From NCBI GenBank assembly GCA_002698225.1, contig NZWD01000040.1:1-57336 (forward strand): a stretch of DNA of 57,336 nucleotides. Reading direction: 5' to 3'. Position numbers and translations under genes: made by a program. The DNA is from Methanobacteriota archaeon. Lineage in GTDB: Archaea > Thermoplasmatota > Poseidoniia > Poseidoniales > Thalassarchaeaceae. Under the pieces are notes generated by a model. That model ran no database searches and was not told the origin of the DNA. It saw only the letters and a program-made list of their open reading frames with translations. Of the stretch, positions 34,934 to 43,896 are shown in pieces. The first letter of the stretch is position 1; every line of letters begins with the position of its first letter.

Positions 34934-35530
34934 CTATGATTTACTCTCCCACCAATTCCCCTTCTTCTCAGCGGATTCGAGAACTTCAATTTCTACCCAT
35001 GAAGGATCAAGGTCGTTCCACTTTCGGCGGCCCGAAGGGATTGTCGATCCAGTAGTGGAAAACCAACCTCCATTAAACCAGTCCCTAGCGCCGGTATCTT
35101 GTCTGTCATCGATAGACCATCCGGGGTTGCCTCCCTCGTTTGCAGCGTAATAATACAGACGATGATTGCTATCGACCATTCGGTACCAGTCCCTCCCATT
35201 GACAATCTCGGACTGCCGCACATATTCCCCCCGATACTCGGGAAATGGGTGCTCGGTGATTGCTATTCTCTCGGGTCCGATCTTTCCGAGTCTTGGAGCG
35301 AGGGAGGGATCCTTGGACGCCACGAGGGCCCATCTAATCATACCCAGTCCCATGAGATTCAATGACAGACCGGCCAATAAGAAGGGGAGTGAGAATGCGA
35401 TCATGAAGACAGTGAATACTGGATCTTCGAGTCTGAATGTTCCGTCGCTGAACATCATGAATGGGACTAGAGTGAAAGGCAACCCGAAGCAGAAGAAGAA
35501 TAGACCTCCTGTAAATTGAGCGGCTTTCAT
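34934..35530 (-). CDS. membrane-anchored hypothetical protein with a Trp/Gly-rich soluble domain
   Basis: 198 aa. Two to three N-terminal TM helices, then a domain with no recognised motifs (RDWYRMVDSNHRLYYYAANEGGNPGW). Confidence 0.45.
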   Translation of the reverse strand: MKAAQFTGGLFFFCFGLPFTLVPFMMFSDGTFRLEDPVFTVFMIAFSLPFLLAGLSLNLMGLGMIRWALVASKDPSLAPRLGKIGPERIAITEHPFPEYRGEYVRQSEIVNGRDWYRMVDSNHRLYYYAANEGGNPGWSIDDRQDTGARDWFNGGWFSTTGSTIPSGRRKWNDLDPSWVEIEVLESAEKKGNWWESKS

Positions 35531-35548
35531 AATATCATCATTCGTTAA

Positions 35549-35836
35549 CTATGTCCACTCGGTTGGCTCATCCTTCTTGGCCTTCTTCCAAGCTCGGTAG
35601 CATGACTTGCAAACAGTGACTCTCCTATCGTTAGTGGAAAGGCCTGACTCGCCCCAGACATCTACGGCCCTGTCGAAAGCAAGTCTCCTGCCTCCAATCT
35701 TTTTGTCTGCCCAGTTTTCGCAGTCAGCGACATCGCACTTCTTCTCGCCAATGTATTCTTCCTGCTTTTTCTCGGTAGGTCCAGAGGCCGCTGCAGCATC
35801 CTGCCTCCTCTTGCGAGCATTCGCCTTGAATCCCAT
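35549..35836 (-). CDS. small basic protein with a possible 4-Cys zinc ribbon
   Basis: 95 aa. CDVADC ... CKSC spacing with Lys/Arg-rich termini. It lies 12 nt downstream of purA on the same strand. Confidence 0.45.
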   Translation of the reverse strand: MGFKANARKRRQDAAAASGPTEKKQEEYIGEKKCDVADCENWADKKIGGRRLAFDRAVDVWGESGLSTNDRRVTVCKSCYRAWKKAKKDEPTEWT

Positions 35837-35859
35837 GAGAGGGGGCCATAGTGGACCGA

Positions 35860-37206
35860 TTAGAAGGTTGCCTCGGCTGCCGGGAAGTCAAAGGGACCCT
35901 CTTTGCGAGCTACTGAGGCTCGGCGATCGGGGCCAACGCCAACGCTGACCACCGGAACACCGGCAAGTGTCTCGATGCGAGAGATGTACTGCTTGATTAT
36001 CTCTGGGAAGGCGGCGAATCCCGTACCTTCTGATCTGGATTCGTCTGCCATCTCAATCCAATCATCGAGAGAAAGAGAAGGGAATCCTGCGTGAGTCTCG
36101 TAAATTGGCTTGCATCGGGCGAGGTCTTCGCTCGTGGTCGGCATGACATGTATCGTCTTGCCATCCATCTCATAGCCCACACATATCTTCAGTTCATCAA
36201 GACCTCCTAGAACATCCAACTTAGTGACAACCAAACCGGTGTAGCCATTTATTCGGTTGCTCTCTCGAAGAGCTACCATATCTAGCCAACCCGTTCTACG
36301 AGGGCGGCCAGTAGTAGTGCCATACTCATTGCCAATATGGGCCATGTGTCTACCGGGCCCCTGCTCGAGAGATAGTTCGGTTGGAAATGGACCATTGCCG
36401 ACTCTAGTGGTATATGCTTTGGTTATCCCGAAGCAGTCTTCGACATGTCCGGGATGAATCCCCGCACCATGGGTTGCGTTGGCCCTACTCGTTATCGATG
36501 AGGTGACAAATGGATAGGTTCCCTGATCTATGTCGAGCATGGCTCCTTGAGCTCCCTCGAGTAGAACATTCTCACCGTTCCTCAATGCGATATCAACCAT
36601 TACTCCTGTGGGTCTGATGGCTGAGCCGAAGCGCCCCAAAATCCACTCCAAGTCGGATTTCAGAGAAGCGGCGTCGATTGTTTCATCGACCCCTACAGTT
36701 GACAATTGCTTAGTCATCCTCTCGGCTTGAGAAACCAGTGCCTGTTGATCCCCGACAAGCCCTGAAATGTCTGCGAATCTAATGCCGACTCTCTCGGTAC
36801 GGTCACGGTAAGTAGGGCCGATACCTCGGCCTGTGGTCCCGACCACCTTGTCTGCTCCATCATACAATCTATGGAAGGGGAGTATGACTGAGGCTCTCTC
36901 ACTGATGAACAGCCTGATGCCTTCGGGCCTCTCCTCCGTCAAATCATGCCAGCTGTCCAGTTCCTGCTCGAGGACCCAAGGGTCGATGACCATGCCATCG
37001 CCTAGCACGAGATTACAATGTTCGTAGGTAACTCCGGAGGGGATTTGATGTAACTTGAGAGTAGTATCTCCGAACACAATTGTGTGTCCTGCATTGTTCC
37101 CTCCTTGGAAGCGAACAGCCCAGTTAGATTGCTCAGCGAGTTGGTCTATGGCCTTGCCCTTACCCTCATCTCCCCACTGAGCTCCAAGCACGACGCTGGC
37201 AGGCAC
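35860..37206 (-). CDS. purA: adenylosuccinate synthase
   Basis: VVLGAQWGDEGKGK, FQGGNNAGHT, GTTGRGIGP, GTTTGRPRR. Confidence 0.9.
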   Translation of the reverse strand: MPASVVLGAQWGDEGKGKAIDQLAEQSNWAVRFQGGNNAGHTIVFGDTTLKLHQIPSGVTYEHCNLVLGDGMVIDPWVLEQELDSWHDLTEERPEGIRLFISERASVILPFHRLYDGADKVVGTTGRGIGPTYRDRTERVGIRFADISGLVGDQQALVSQAERMTKQLSTVGVDETIDAASLKSDLEWILGRFGSAIRPTGVMVDIALRNGENVLLEGAQGAMLDIDQGTYPFVTSSITSRANATHGAGIHPGHVEDCFGITKAYTTRVGNGPFPTELSLEQGPGRHMAHIGNEYGTTTGRPRRTGWLDMVALRESNRINGYTGLVVTKLDVLGGLDELKICVGYEMDGKTIHVMPTTSEDLARCKPIYETHAGFPSLSLDDWIEMADESRSEGTGFAAFPEIIKQYISRIETLAGVPVVSVGVGPDRRASVARKEGPFDFPAAEATF

Positions 37207-37321
37207 CGTAGCCTCGGGCAGTATGGAGAGCGAATCAATGCTTTGGCCGAGTACGATACCGATTTCTAATGATTTTGGGGTGGGAAGCGGTTATGAATGG
37301 CCGGCAGGTCGGCGGGTCTGA

Positions 37322-37477
37322 ATGGCTCAAAGACATCCGGAGGCAGAGGCGCGTCTACTGAAGAAGTGGATATGCATGCGCTGTTCGGCGACACATCGCG
37401 GAAGCAAGCCTAGATCGTGCCGCAAGTGCGGTTACACTGGTATGCGAACTAAGGCCACCGAGCGCAGGACGACCTGA
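37322..37477 (+). CDS. rpl40e: 50S ribosomal protein L40e (eL40); absent from the ORF track (<60 aa)
   Basis: Hand translation gives [51 protein letters not shown]-stop. The FPEAEARLL-type N-terminus and the CxxC...CxxC ribbon match archaeal L40e. Confidence 0.85.
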   Translation: MAQRHPEAEARLLKKWICMRCSATHRGSKPRSCRKCGYTGMRTKATERRTT

Positions 37478-37479
37478 GC

Positions 37480-38094
37480 ATGGCAATCGGCTCTGCAGCC
37501 GTCGAAGGATTTGCTCTCAGTATCGGACTGATTCTTGCATTGGGTCCACAGAATGTCTTCGTCATGCGTCAGGGACTGCTTAGGTCGCATGTATTCGCAG
37601 TATGTCTTGCATGCTCAATATTCGATGCTGCACTGATTGCTGCTGGTGTGCTCGGCATGGGCAGCATACTTTCGGGTATCGAGGGGGCTGAAAAATGGAT
37701 AGCTATCGGAGCGTCCGCTTTCCTAGTTGGTTATGGATTACTGAGAATTAGATCAGCGATGAATCCAGTTGGTATGTCGACTGAAGGGGATGGTGAGGCG
37801 GACCTGAAGGCGACGATAGGAGCAGCAGCAGCTTTCACCTTCCTCAATCCACATGTGTATGTAGACACTTTACTACTGATTGGAGGAACATCAAGCAGAT
37901 ATCTTGGGGATGAGCGAGTTGCCTTCGGAATCGGTGCTGCCACCGCCTCATTCGTGTTCTTCTTCTCACTCGGTTACGGGGCTAGGAGTCTCTCAGAGGT
38001 TCTGAACAAACCCACGGCCTGGAGATACATCGACCTCTCAATAGCCTGCATTATGTTCGTAATCGCAGCTGCAATCATGCAGCCCCATCTATGA
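37480..38094 (+). CDS. LysE/ArgO-family amino acid exporter
   Basis: 204 aa with ~6 TM helices. ALGPQNVFVMRQGL and FLNPHVYVDT are LysE-family signatures. Confidence 0.8.
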   Translation: MAIGSAAVEGFALSIGLILALGPQNVFVMRQGLLRSHVFAVCLACSIFDAALIAAGVLGMGSILSGIEGAEKWIAIGASAFLVGYGLLRIRSAMNPVGMSTEGDGEADLKATIGAAAAFTFLNPHVYVDTLLLIGGTSSRYLGDERVAFGIGAATASFVFFFSLGYGARSLSEVLNKPTAWRYIDLSIACIMFVIAAAIMQPHL

Positions 38095-39204
38095 GAGTAA
38101 ACTCTCCAGAGCAACGAACAGCATCTCGACTTCCTCCTCGGAGTTGTCGATGTGAGGCGACACTCGTAGGAGTCCGGCTCTGCTGGTGACTAAAATCGAG
38201 TGTTCGTCCTGAAGTCTGCAAGCAATGTCCTCACTGCTTACTCCCTCTGGCATTCTCAGGCTGACTATGGCGCTTCTCTCATCTTCTGACAATGGGGAGA
38301 CGATGCTGAGTCCAAGCCTGTTTGCGCCCTCGATTACCTTGTCCGCTAGGCCGAGATCATGTGCCCATACTTTCTCCGGTCCAATTTCGCATATCTCATC
38401 CACCGCTGCAGCCAGCCCCAGCACGGCTCCAAAGTGTATGGTAGTATACTCGAAGCGGCTGGCGTCTTCTGGTAGAGTCAACCTATCGGCCTGTAGATCC
38501 CAGATATTGTCATGACTCCTGAAACCCAAGAGACCTGGATAGAGATGCGACCGGACAGCCGGAGAGATGTACCCTACTGCTGCCCCATAGGTTCCACGCA
38601 GCCACTTGTAACCAGATGAGACAATCGCGTCGGCCCCAGTGTTGGCTGCTTCTATTGGTACCATTCCCAACGACTGCGTAGCGTCTACCACTAGTAGCGC
38701 CCCCACAGAGTGTGCAGCTTTGGCAAATCGGCTCAGGTCATACCTCTGACCACTGGAGTACTCTATGTGAGACAGTGTTACTACTGAGGTTCTGTCGTCG
38801 ATTAGAGAGATGATATCTTCGGGGTCGGTGTAGAGTTCAGAGTTGTGGTCTGCCAACCTAACCTCAGCCCCGTTAGCATCTGCGACCCTTGACCAAGGAT
38901 ATACCGTCGAGGGGAATGAGGCCCTCGTGGATACGATATTGCTACCGCTCTCCGGGGAGACGGCCCAAGCAATCGAGCAGAGTAACTCGGTCGCACTGGA
39001 GCCTACACAGATATCCTCAAGTTCGCAAGAAAGTAGTCTGGCTGCGGCCCTTCTCAGAGGCATCATGCCATTCTTCTCGGCTTCACCATCGAATTCCGCA
39101 GCGCCCCCTCTAGCCAGAGCGTTCGACCATTCCATCGAGGCCCTATGTGCCACAGGAGAGGTGGTCGCTACATTAGCAAAAGACAGATTGATCCAATCAG
39201 GCAA
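38089..39204 (-). CDS. class V PLP-dependent aminotransferase/desulfurase-like enzyme
   Basis: 371 aa. LVVDATQSLG and SSGYKWLRG (PLP Lys) follow the class V pattern. The 3' end overlaps the convergent lysE-like gene by 6 nt. Confidence 0.7.
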   Translation of the reverse strand: MPDWINLSFANVATTSPVAHRASMEWSNALARGGAAEFDGEAEKNGMMPLRRAAARLLSCELEDICVGSSATELLCSIAWAVSPESGSNIVSTRASFPSTVYPWSRVADANGAEVRLADHNSELYTDPEDIISLIDDRTSVVTLSHIEYSSGQRYDLSRFAKAAHSVGALLVVDATQSLGMVPIEAANTGADAIVSSGYKWLRGTYGAAVGYISPAVRSHLYPGLLGFRSHDNIWDLQADRLTLPEDASRFEYTTIHFGAVLGLAAAVDEICEIGPEKVWAHDLGLADKVIEGANRLGLSIVSPLSEDERSAIVSLRMPEGVSSEDIACRLQDEHSILVTSRAGLLRVSPHIDNSEEEVEMLFVALESLLS

Positions 39205-39245
39205 GCAATCCCCGAGAGACGCTAGGGACTAATGCTCTTCAAGGC

Positions 39246-39521
39246 TCAGGAGTCCCTGACCTCGTTCAGAAGTGTCTCTAAAACCGTCTGGACTTGTAGG
39301 CACATTGGCCCAAAGTGGATGGGCAGATTGGAGTCGTTGAATATATCGTCGAGGATAGAAGCAGTCATCCCTAGGCGTAGATCCATGTCCTTGTCCTTGT
39401 TGAGAAGCCACTGATCTACCGCTTCCTTGGATGAGATTCTGATGTTGCGTGGTACCTGAGCATCGTCGAACTGCCCAATAACTTGGGCAATCTGCTCTAT
39501 CTTGGTTTCGACATCAGACAC
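39246..39521 (-). CDS. UPF0147-family small archaeal protein
   Basis: 91 aa, helical, with the VPRNIR motif I associate with UPF0147. Confidence 0.55.
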   Translation of the reverse strand: MSDVETKIEQIAQVIGQFDDAQVPRNIRISSKEAVDQWLLNKDKDMDLRLGMTASILDDIFNDSNLPIHFGPMCLQVQTVLETLLNEVRDS

Positions 39522-39587
39522 TAGTAACCCTCCGGCCCGCCGACCTGAGGGGACTCCTTAAGCGCATCCCCGGAATAAACAGAAGTG

Positions 39588-40379
39588 TCAGCCCAACCAA
39601 GCAGCCCAAGGCATGTCGGTGTTGGATGTACCAACGCCCTCGCCTTCTGCTCCAAGGCCAATCAGGCCCACAGATACTCCTGTCTCGATGAGTTCTGTTA
39701 TGCCCCATTCCATTGATGCTTGCAGATCCGAAGATGACCTGAGAAATCTGTCATGCGCCCTGTAACTCAGTAAGGATGTGGTAATGGCCTCGCCCACTCC
39801 TGTGGCTGCTACTGCAGCCCTCTCATCGGCCCAGAAGCCAGAGCCAGGGAGAGGTACATCGCCAACCCTTCCAGCAGGTCTGTGGCTAGTTCCTCCCGTA
39901 CTTGTGGCACATGCTAGCAGTCCTTGCGAGTCTCGTGCAATTACACCCACTGTATCTCCTTCATCTCCACGCGGAGGTCTGCCCTCGACGCTGGCCTTGG
40001 GGTGGCCTTTCTCATCAGCCCAGAGTCTCGCACCTTTTCCTGCAAGGCCATTGATGTCCTCGTCCAGAAGATCTCTTGCTATCCGGATGGGATTGGGCGT
40101 ATCCTCCATACCAATCACAAAGCCGATTCTTCCATCCGAAGTCTGGATTGAAGCATCAAGAGATACTGAACCATCATTCCTGAATACGCCACCAGTTCCA
40201 GCATTGAAGACCGGGTCGTTCTCAAGAGCCACGCAGGCCTCAACAGCAGCTTCGATAGCTGAGCCTCCAGACTCAAGAATCGTCGATGCTATGTCCAGGG
40301 CGAGTTCGACATTATACTGCCTATCAGGGCCCGGTCCTGCTCCACCATGCGCCACTGCTGCAGGTACTGACATCTCCAC
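39588..40379 (-). CDS. isoaspartyl peptidase / plant-type L-asparaginase (Ntn hydrolase)
   Basis: AHGGAG, GDTVGVIARD (autocleavage/nucleophile Thr), ATSTGG, GRVGDVPLPGSGFWA. Confidence 0.8.
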   Translation of the reverse strand: MEMSVPAAVAHGGAGPGPDRQYNVELALDIASTILESGGSAIEAAVEACVALENDPVFNAGTGGVFRNDGSVSLDASIQTSDGRIGFVIGMEDTPNPIRIARDLLDEDINGLAGKGARLWADEKGHPKASVEGRPPRGDEGDTVGVIARDSQGLLACATSTGGTSHRPAGRVGDVPLPGSGFWADERAAVAATGVGEAITTSLLSYRAHDRFLRSSSDLQASMEWGITELIETGVSVGLIGLGAEGEGVGTSNTDMPWAAWLG

Positions 40380-40387
40380 ACCTCGTA

Positions 40388-41716
40388 CTATGTCGCATCC
40401 GAGGCATTACCCTGACTCAGCCTCAACCGCATTTGCATCAGGGTGGCTAGGATGAAAATTATTCCTGCCACTCGAAACGCTGTGTGATAGGTCCACAGAC
40501 CGTCTCGTTGAACTGTCAGAGACCAGATGTATGCTGCCGTTAGAGGGCCAAATATCCTAGCAAGTGCCCCATATCCCTCTTGGGCGCCCATCACAGTACC
40601 TAACTCGTAGCCTCTAGACTTGGTCTCAAAGGTTAGCACCGAGGACTGAGTCGGTGAGAACAATCCATTACCTATCGCCAGTCCCGCAGAAGAGGCAAAA
40701 ATCAACCAACTTGCCTCATTCGGGACATATGGTATGCTGGCGATTCCAAATCCACAAAGAAGAGTCCCGACCAGCATCAGTCTCGTCATATTGAAGCGCT
40801 GTGTCAATGGTCCGATTAACACGCCTTGCACGAGTGCTCCCAAAAGTCCGATGAAGGCAAATATCCAGCCGTTGTCAAGCTCGCTCCAGCCCAGTCCCCC
40901 TCCCTCAATATCCATCGAAGTGAACAGGATGAATGTGCCGTGCATCATGCTGAATCCCATCAGGAATAGGAAGTTTATCGAAACCAATGACGAGATTGTG
41001 GGGAGTTTCATGACTCCGGCGATCTTTCTGAACATCCCTCCAAGCTCGTTGAAGACTGAGCCTTCGGAGAATCTGCGATCTTCTTCTGGCAGACTCTCGG
41101 GCAGTCGGGTTACTGCTAGAGCGAGGCTGATTAGCGAGAGTGCACTGGAGAATAGGCATGGGAGCAGGTATGGGTGGTCGATCCATATCTGCCCGTCGAA
41201 TGGAGCCCCTATCCCAGTAGCTGGGTCGGATAGGACTCCTCCAATGAAGGGTCCAATCATGAAGCCTAGGCCAAATGCAGCACCAATCATCCCCATCCTC
41301 TTTGCGACATCTTCGGGCTCGGAAATATCTCCAATATAGGCACGGGCGACTGCTATGTTCCCGTTACCCGCACCCGCGAGGAAACGGGCGGCTACGGCCA
41401 TAGTCAGGCTACCAGATAGTCCGAACACAGTGAAGAAGACAGTGTTGGATAGCAAACCGAACATCAGAATCGGCCTGCGGCCCATTCTGTCACTCAATGA
41501 GCCTAGAATCGGTGTGAAGATGAATTGGGCGAGCGAATAAACGGAGATGACGATGCCAACCCAAAGATCCCTGCTTCCAATGTCGACTATCCCATCTGCG
41601 GTAGCTAAGTCCTGAACGAAGTAAGTTAGGAACGGGATTACGATGGTGAATCCAATCATGTCAACGAGGACAACTAGGAACAGTATCCCCAACGGTGATT
41701 TGCCTTCATCGGACAT
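40388..41716 (-). CDS. MFS transporter (drug/H+ antiporter-like)
   Basis: 442 aa with ~12 TM helices. GSLSDRMGRRPIL is the MFS loop 2-3 motif. Confidence 0.8.
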   Translation of the reverse strand: MSDEGKSPLGILFLVVLVDMIGFTIVIPFLTYFVQDLATADGIVDIGSRDLWVGIVISVYSLAQFIFTPILGSLSDRMGRRPILMFGLLSNTVFFTVFGLSGSLTMAVAARFLAGAGNGNIAVARAYIGDISEPEDVAKRMGMIGAAFGLGFMIGPFIGGVLSDPATGIGAPFDGQIWIDHPYLLPCLFSSALSLISLALAVTRLPESLPEEDRRFSEGSVFNELGGMFRKIAGVMKLPTISSLVSINFLFLMGFSMMHGTFILFTSMDIEGGGLGWSELDNGWIFAFIGLLGALVQGVLIGPLTQRFNMTRLMLVGTLLCGFGIASIPYVPNEASWLIFASSAGLAIGNGLFSPTQSSVLTFETKSRGYELGTVMGAQEGYGALARIFGPLTAAYIWSLTVQRDGLWTYHTAFRVAGIIFILATLMQMRLRLSQGNASDAT

Positions 41717-41766
41717 CCTATCCCTTAGGTTGCGAGAGAGAGGGGGACTTGAGCATTGACGAAGTA

Positions 41767-43818
41767 TTAGGCCGAAGGCTGAGTATCAGTTCCCTTGGAG
41801 ATAGTGTCGATTACCTTGGCGAGGCGTTCTACTAGGGTGACCTTTTCCTCGGCTCCCACGAGAGCATGTTGCAGAACCTCGTCAAGCGAATCAACCGGCA
41901 GGACCTCAACTTGCTTCTCCCACTTCTCGTCCATCAGGACATCCTGCATGTTGGCCCGAGGAATCACGACTCTCCCTATGCCGGACTTGGCAGCGGCTTC
42001 GATCTTGGCCGTTACTCCACCGACAGGGAGTATCTCACCCCTTACGGACAAAGATCCAGTCATAGCCAGATTCTGCTCGATAGGTACTCCTTCGAAAGCG
42101 CTGATTATCGCAGTAGCCATCGTAATCGATGCACTGTCACCGTCTACATTGTGAGTTCCTGGGAACTGTACATGTAAATCGTAGTCCTTGATGTCCTTGC
42201 CAGTCAGCTTCTTGACGACTGCACTGATGTTGGTTACGCTCTCGTTGGCTAGGTCGGACAGGCCACCAGTCGCAATCACTCTGCCAGACATGCCTTGGGC
42301 AGGGGTGACCATTGCCTCAACCGGCAGTACCACACCTGAGTAGTCTGAGAGTCCGCTGTCCGCGCCAAGCACAGCCAACCCGTTGACTCTACCTACACGG
42401 ATACCGCTGTTGACCAGCATCGCATACTCGGCCTGCCTGTCTAGATAGCGGTCAGCAACCTGCTGCTCGAGTGGCTTAGCGATCATCCTAGCCCTAGTGA
42501 CATGTTCTGAGCTTGTCAGTTCCGCGCCATCTTCGGCCGCAAGGTCTCCAGCGATCCTCACGAGGCCACCGAGCTCACGAAGACGCAAGGATAGTTTTCC
42601 TCTGCGGCCGGCTCGTCTCTGAGCCTCCTTCAGGATAAGTGCTATCGAACCCTTGTTGAAATGCGGGATTGCCTTGCCTGAACTCTTGTTCAACTCGTTT
42701 CTGACCTCTTGAGCGATGAATCTGATTAGTCTGCGTCGATTTCGCTCGGTATCGGGCATATCGGTGTTGACATAGACCTCATATCCATAGCCGCGAATCC
42801 TGCTGCGCAAGGCTGGGTGCATGTTCTGAATGCTGTCGAGGTTGCCCGCTGCGATTAGAATGAAGTCGGTAGGCACAGGCTCCGACTTGGTCAGAGCGCC
42901 AGAAGAGCGTTCTGAGCGGCCGCTGATTGGGAGTTCCCTCTCCTGCATGGCCACCAGCAGAGCCTGTTGCTCCTCCATCCTGAGCATGCGAATCTCGTCA
43001 ATATACAGGACTCCCTTGTTTGCCCTGTGTACTGCTCCAGGCTCGACTCTCTCATGTGCTGGAGTCGCTAGATCCGCACCTGACTGGAACGGGTCATGTC
43101 TCACATCACCCAGTAGTGCTCCGGCCAGAGTACCAGTTGCATCGATGAATGGAGGTTCGTCTTCTCTCTCATGCTTAATCAGCAATTTCGGAATGTTGGC
43201 GTCCTCTCCTGCAGTCAGCCTAGTCCTGAGGAAGAAGTAGCCAAAGACAAGAATGAATGAGCCGAAGATGAATGTGAGAATCTCTCCGCTGGAGATGGTA
43301 GCGAGAAGTAGGGCCGCACCAATCACTAGAGCGATGAACAGTAGCGTCCTGTTGGTCCTCTCCTTCTGTACCCTAATCTGTGCCTTGCGCTCTGATATAA
43401 TCCTAGAGCCGCGGCCAGCGGGGACAGTTCTGACTCTTGGCTCGTTCTCATCTTCCTGGTTTCTGAACACGAGAATGTCCTCTAGTTGCTCCCTAGGGAG
43501 GAACTCGGTCATCGACCTAGAGAGCATCGATTTTCCAGTTCCCGGCTCTCCAACCATGATTACATGGCGGCGTTGCTCGGCTGCCTTCCTGACCACAATC
43601 GATGCTGCTTCCTGACCAATCACTTGGTCGACCAGCTTTTCAGGTATTGGGACTTCTTCGGTCGAGGAAATCTGCACTCCATCAATCCATTCTTCAACAG
43701 GAGTTTCGCAGATTGGATCCTTGTCCTCGGACGCTCCAAAAGCGGGCCCGTCCTCCCATGAATCGAGCGCATCTGACTGCTCATTCGCTTCGTCCTGAGA
43801 CTGGTTTGATTCACCCAT
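41767..43818 (-). CDS. lonB: archaeal membrane-anchored Lon protease (LonB)
   Basis: GEPGTGKSML (Walker A), TM hairpin inserted in the AAA+ module (LLFIALVIGAALLL...FILVFGYFFL), protease domain GDSASITMATAIISA. The ATG at 43818 follows GGGGGGG; the track ORF starts at TTG 43881. Confidence 0.85.
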   Translation of the reverse strand: MGESNQSQDEANEQSDALDSWEDGPAFGASEDKDPICETPVEEWIDGVQISSTEEVPIPEKLVDQVIGQEAASIVVRKAAEQRRHVIMVGEPGTGKSMLSRSMTEFLPREQLEDILVFRNQEDENEPRVRTVPAGRGSRIISERKAQIRVQKERTNRTLLFIALVIGAALLLATISSGEILTFIFGSFILVFGYFFLRTRLTAGEDANIPKLLIKHEREDEPPFIDATGTLAGALLGDVRHDPFQSGADLATPAHERVEPGAVHRANKGVLYIDEIRMLRMEEQQALLVAMQERELPISGRSERSSGALTKSEPVPTDFILIAAGNLDSIQNMHPALRSRIRGYGYEVYVNTDMPDTERNRRRLIRFIAQEVRNELNKSSGKAIPHFNKGSIALILKEAQRRAGRRGKLSLRLRELGGLVRIAGDLAAEDGAELTSSEHVTRARMIAKPLEQQVADRYLDRQAEYAMLVNSGIRVGRVNGLAVLGADSGLSDYSGVVLPVEAMVTPAQGMSGRVIATGGLSDLANESVTNISAVVKKLTGKDIKDYDLHVQFPGTHNVDGDSASITMATAIISAFEGVPIEQNLAMTGSLSVRGEILPVGGVTAKIEAAAKSGIGRVVIPRANMQDVLMDEKWEKQVEVLPVDSLDEVLQHALVGAEEKVTLVERLAKVIDTISKGTDTQPSA

Positions 43819-43896
43819 CTGCGCCCCCCCGGGATACTTCCTGACTCTCGCACCTTCTTGAAGGTGCGTTAAGAGGGACAATGCAACTAGGCTGAC

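Noticed and set aside
37268-37321. Possible C/D-box sRNA in the purA/rpl40e spacer (aatgatt...ctga).
   Set aside because: The C-box candidate does not match RUGAUGA, and no convincing C'/D' pair or terminal stem is present. The spacer is better explained as divergent promoters plus the L40e 5' region.
39778-40455. 225-aa plus-strand ORF antisense to the isoaspartyl peptidase gene. Similar long antisense ORFs occur at 40734-41339, 44720-45253, 51628-52158, 53936-54682, 20435-20929, 22894-23373 and 28676-29071.
   Set aside because: All are Ser/Pro/Arg-rich low-complexity translations lying fully inside genes whose opposite frame has strong family motifs. None has its own start context or recognisable domains.
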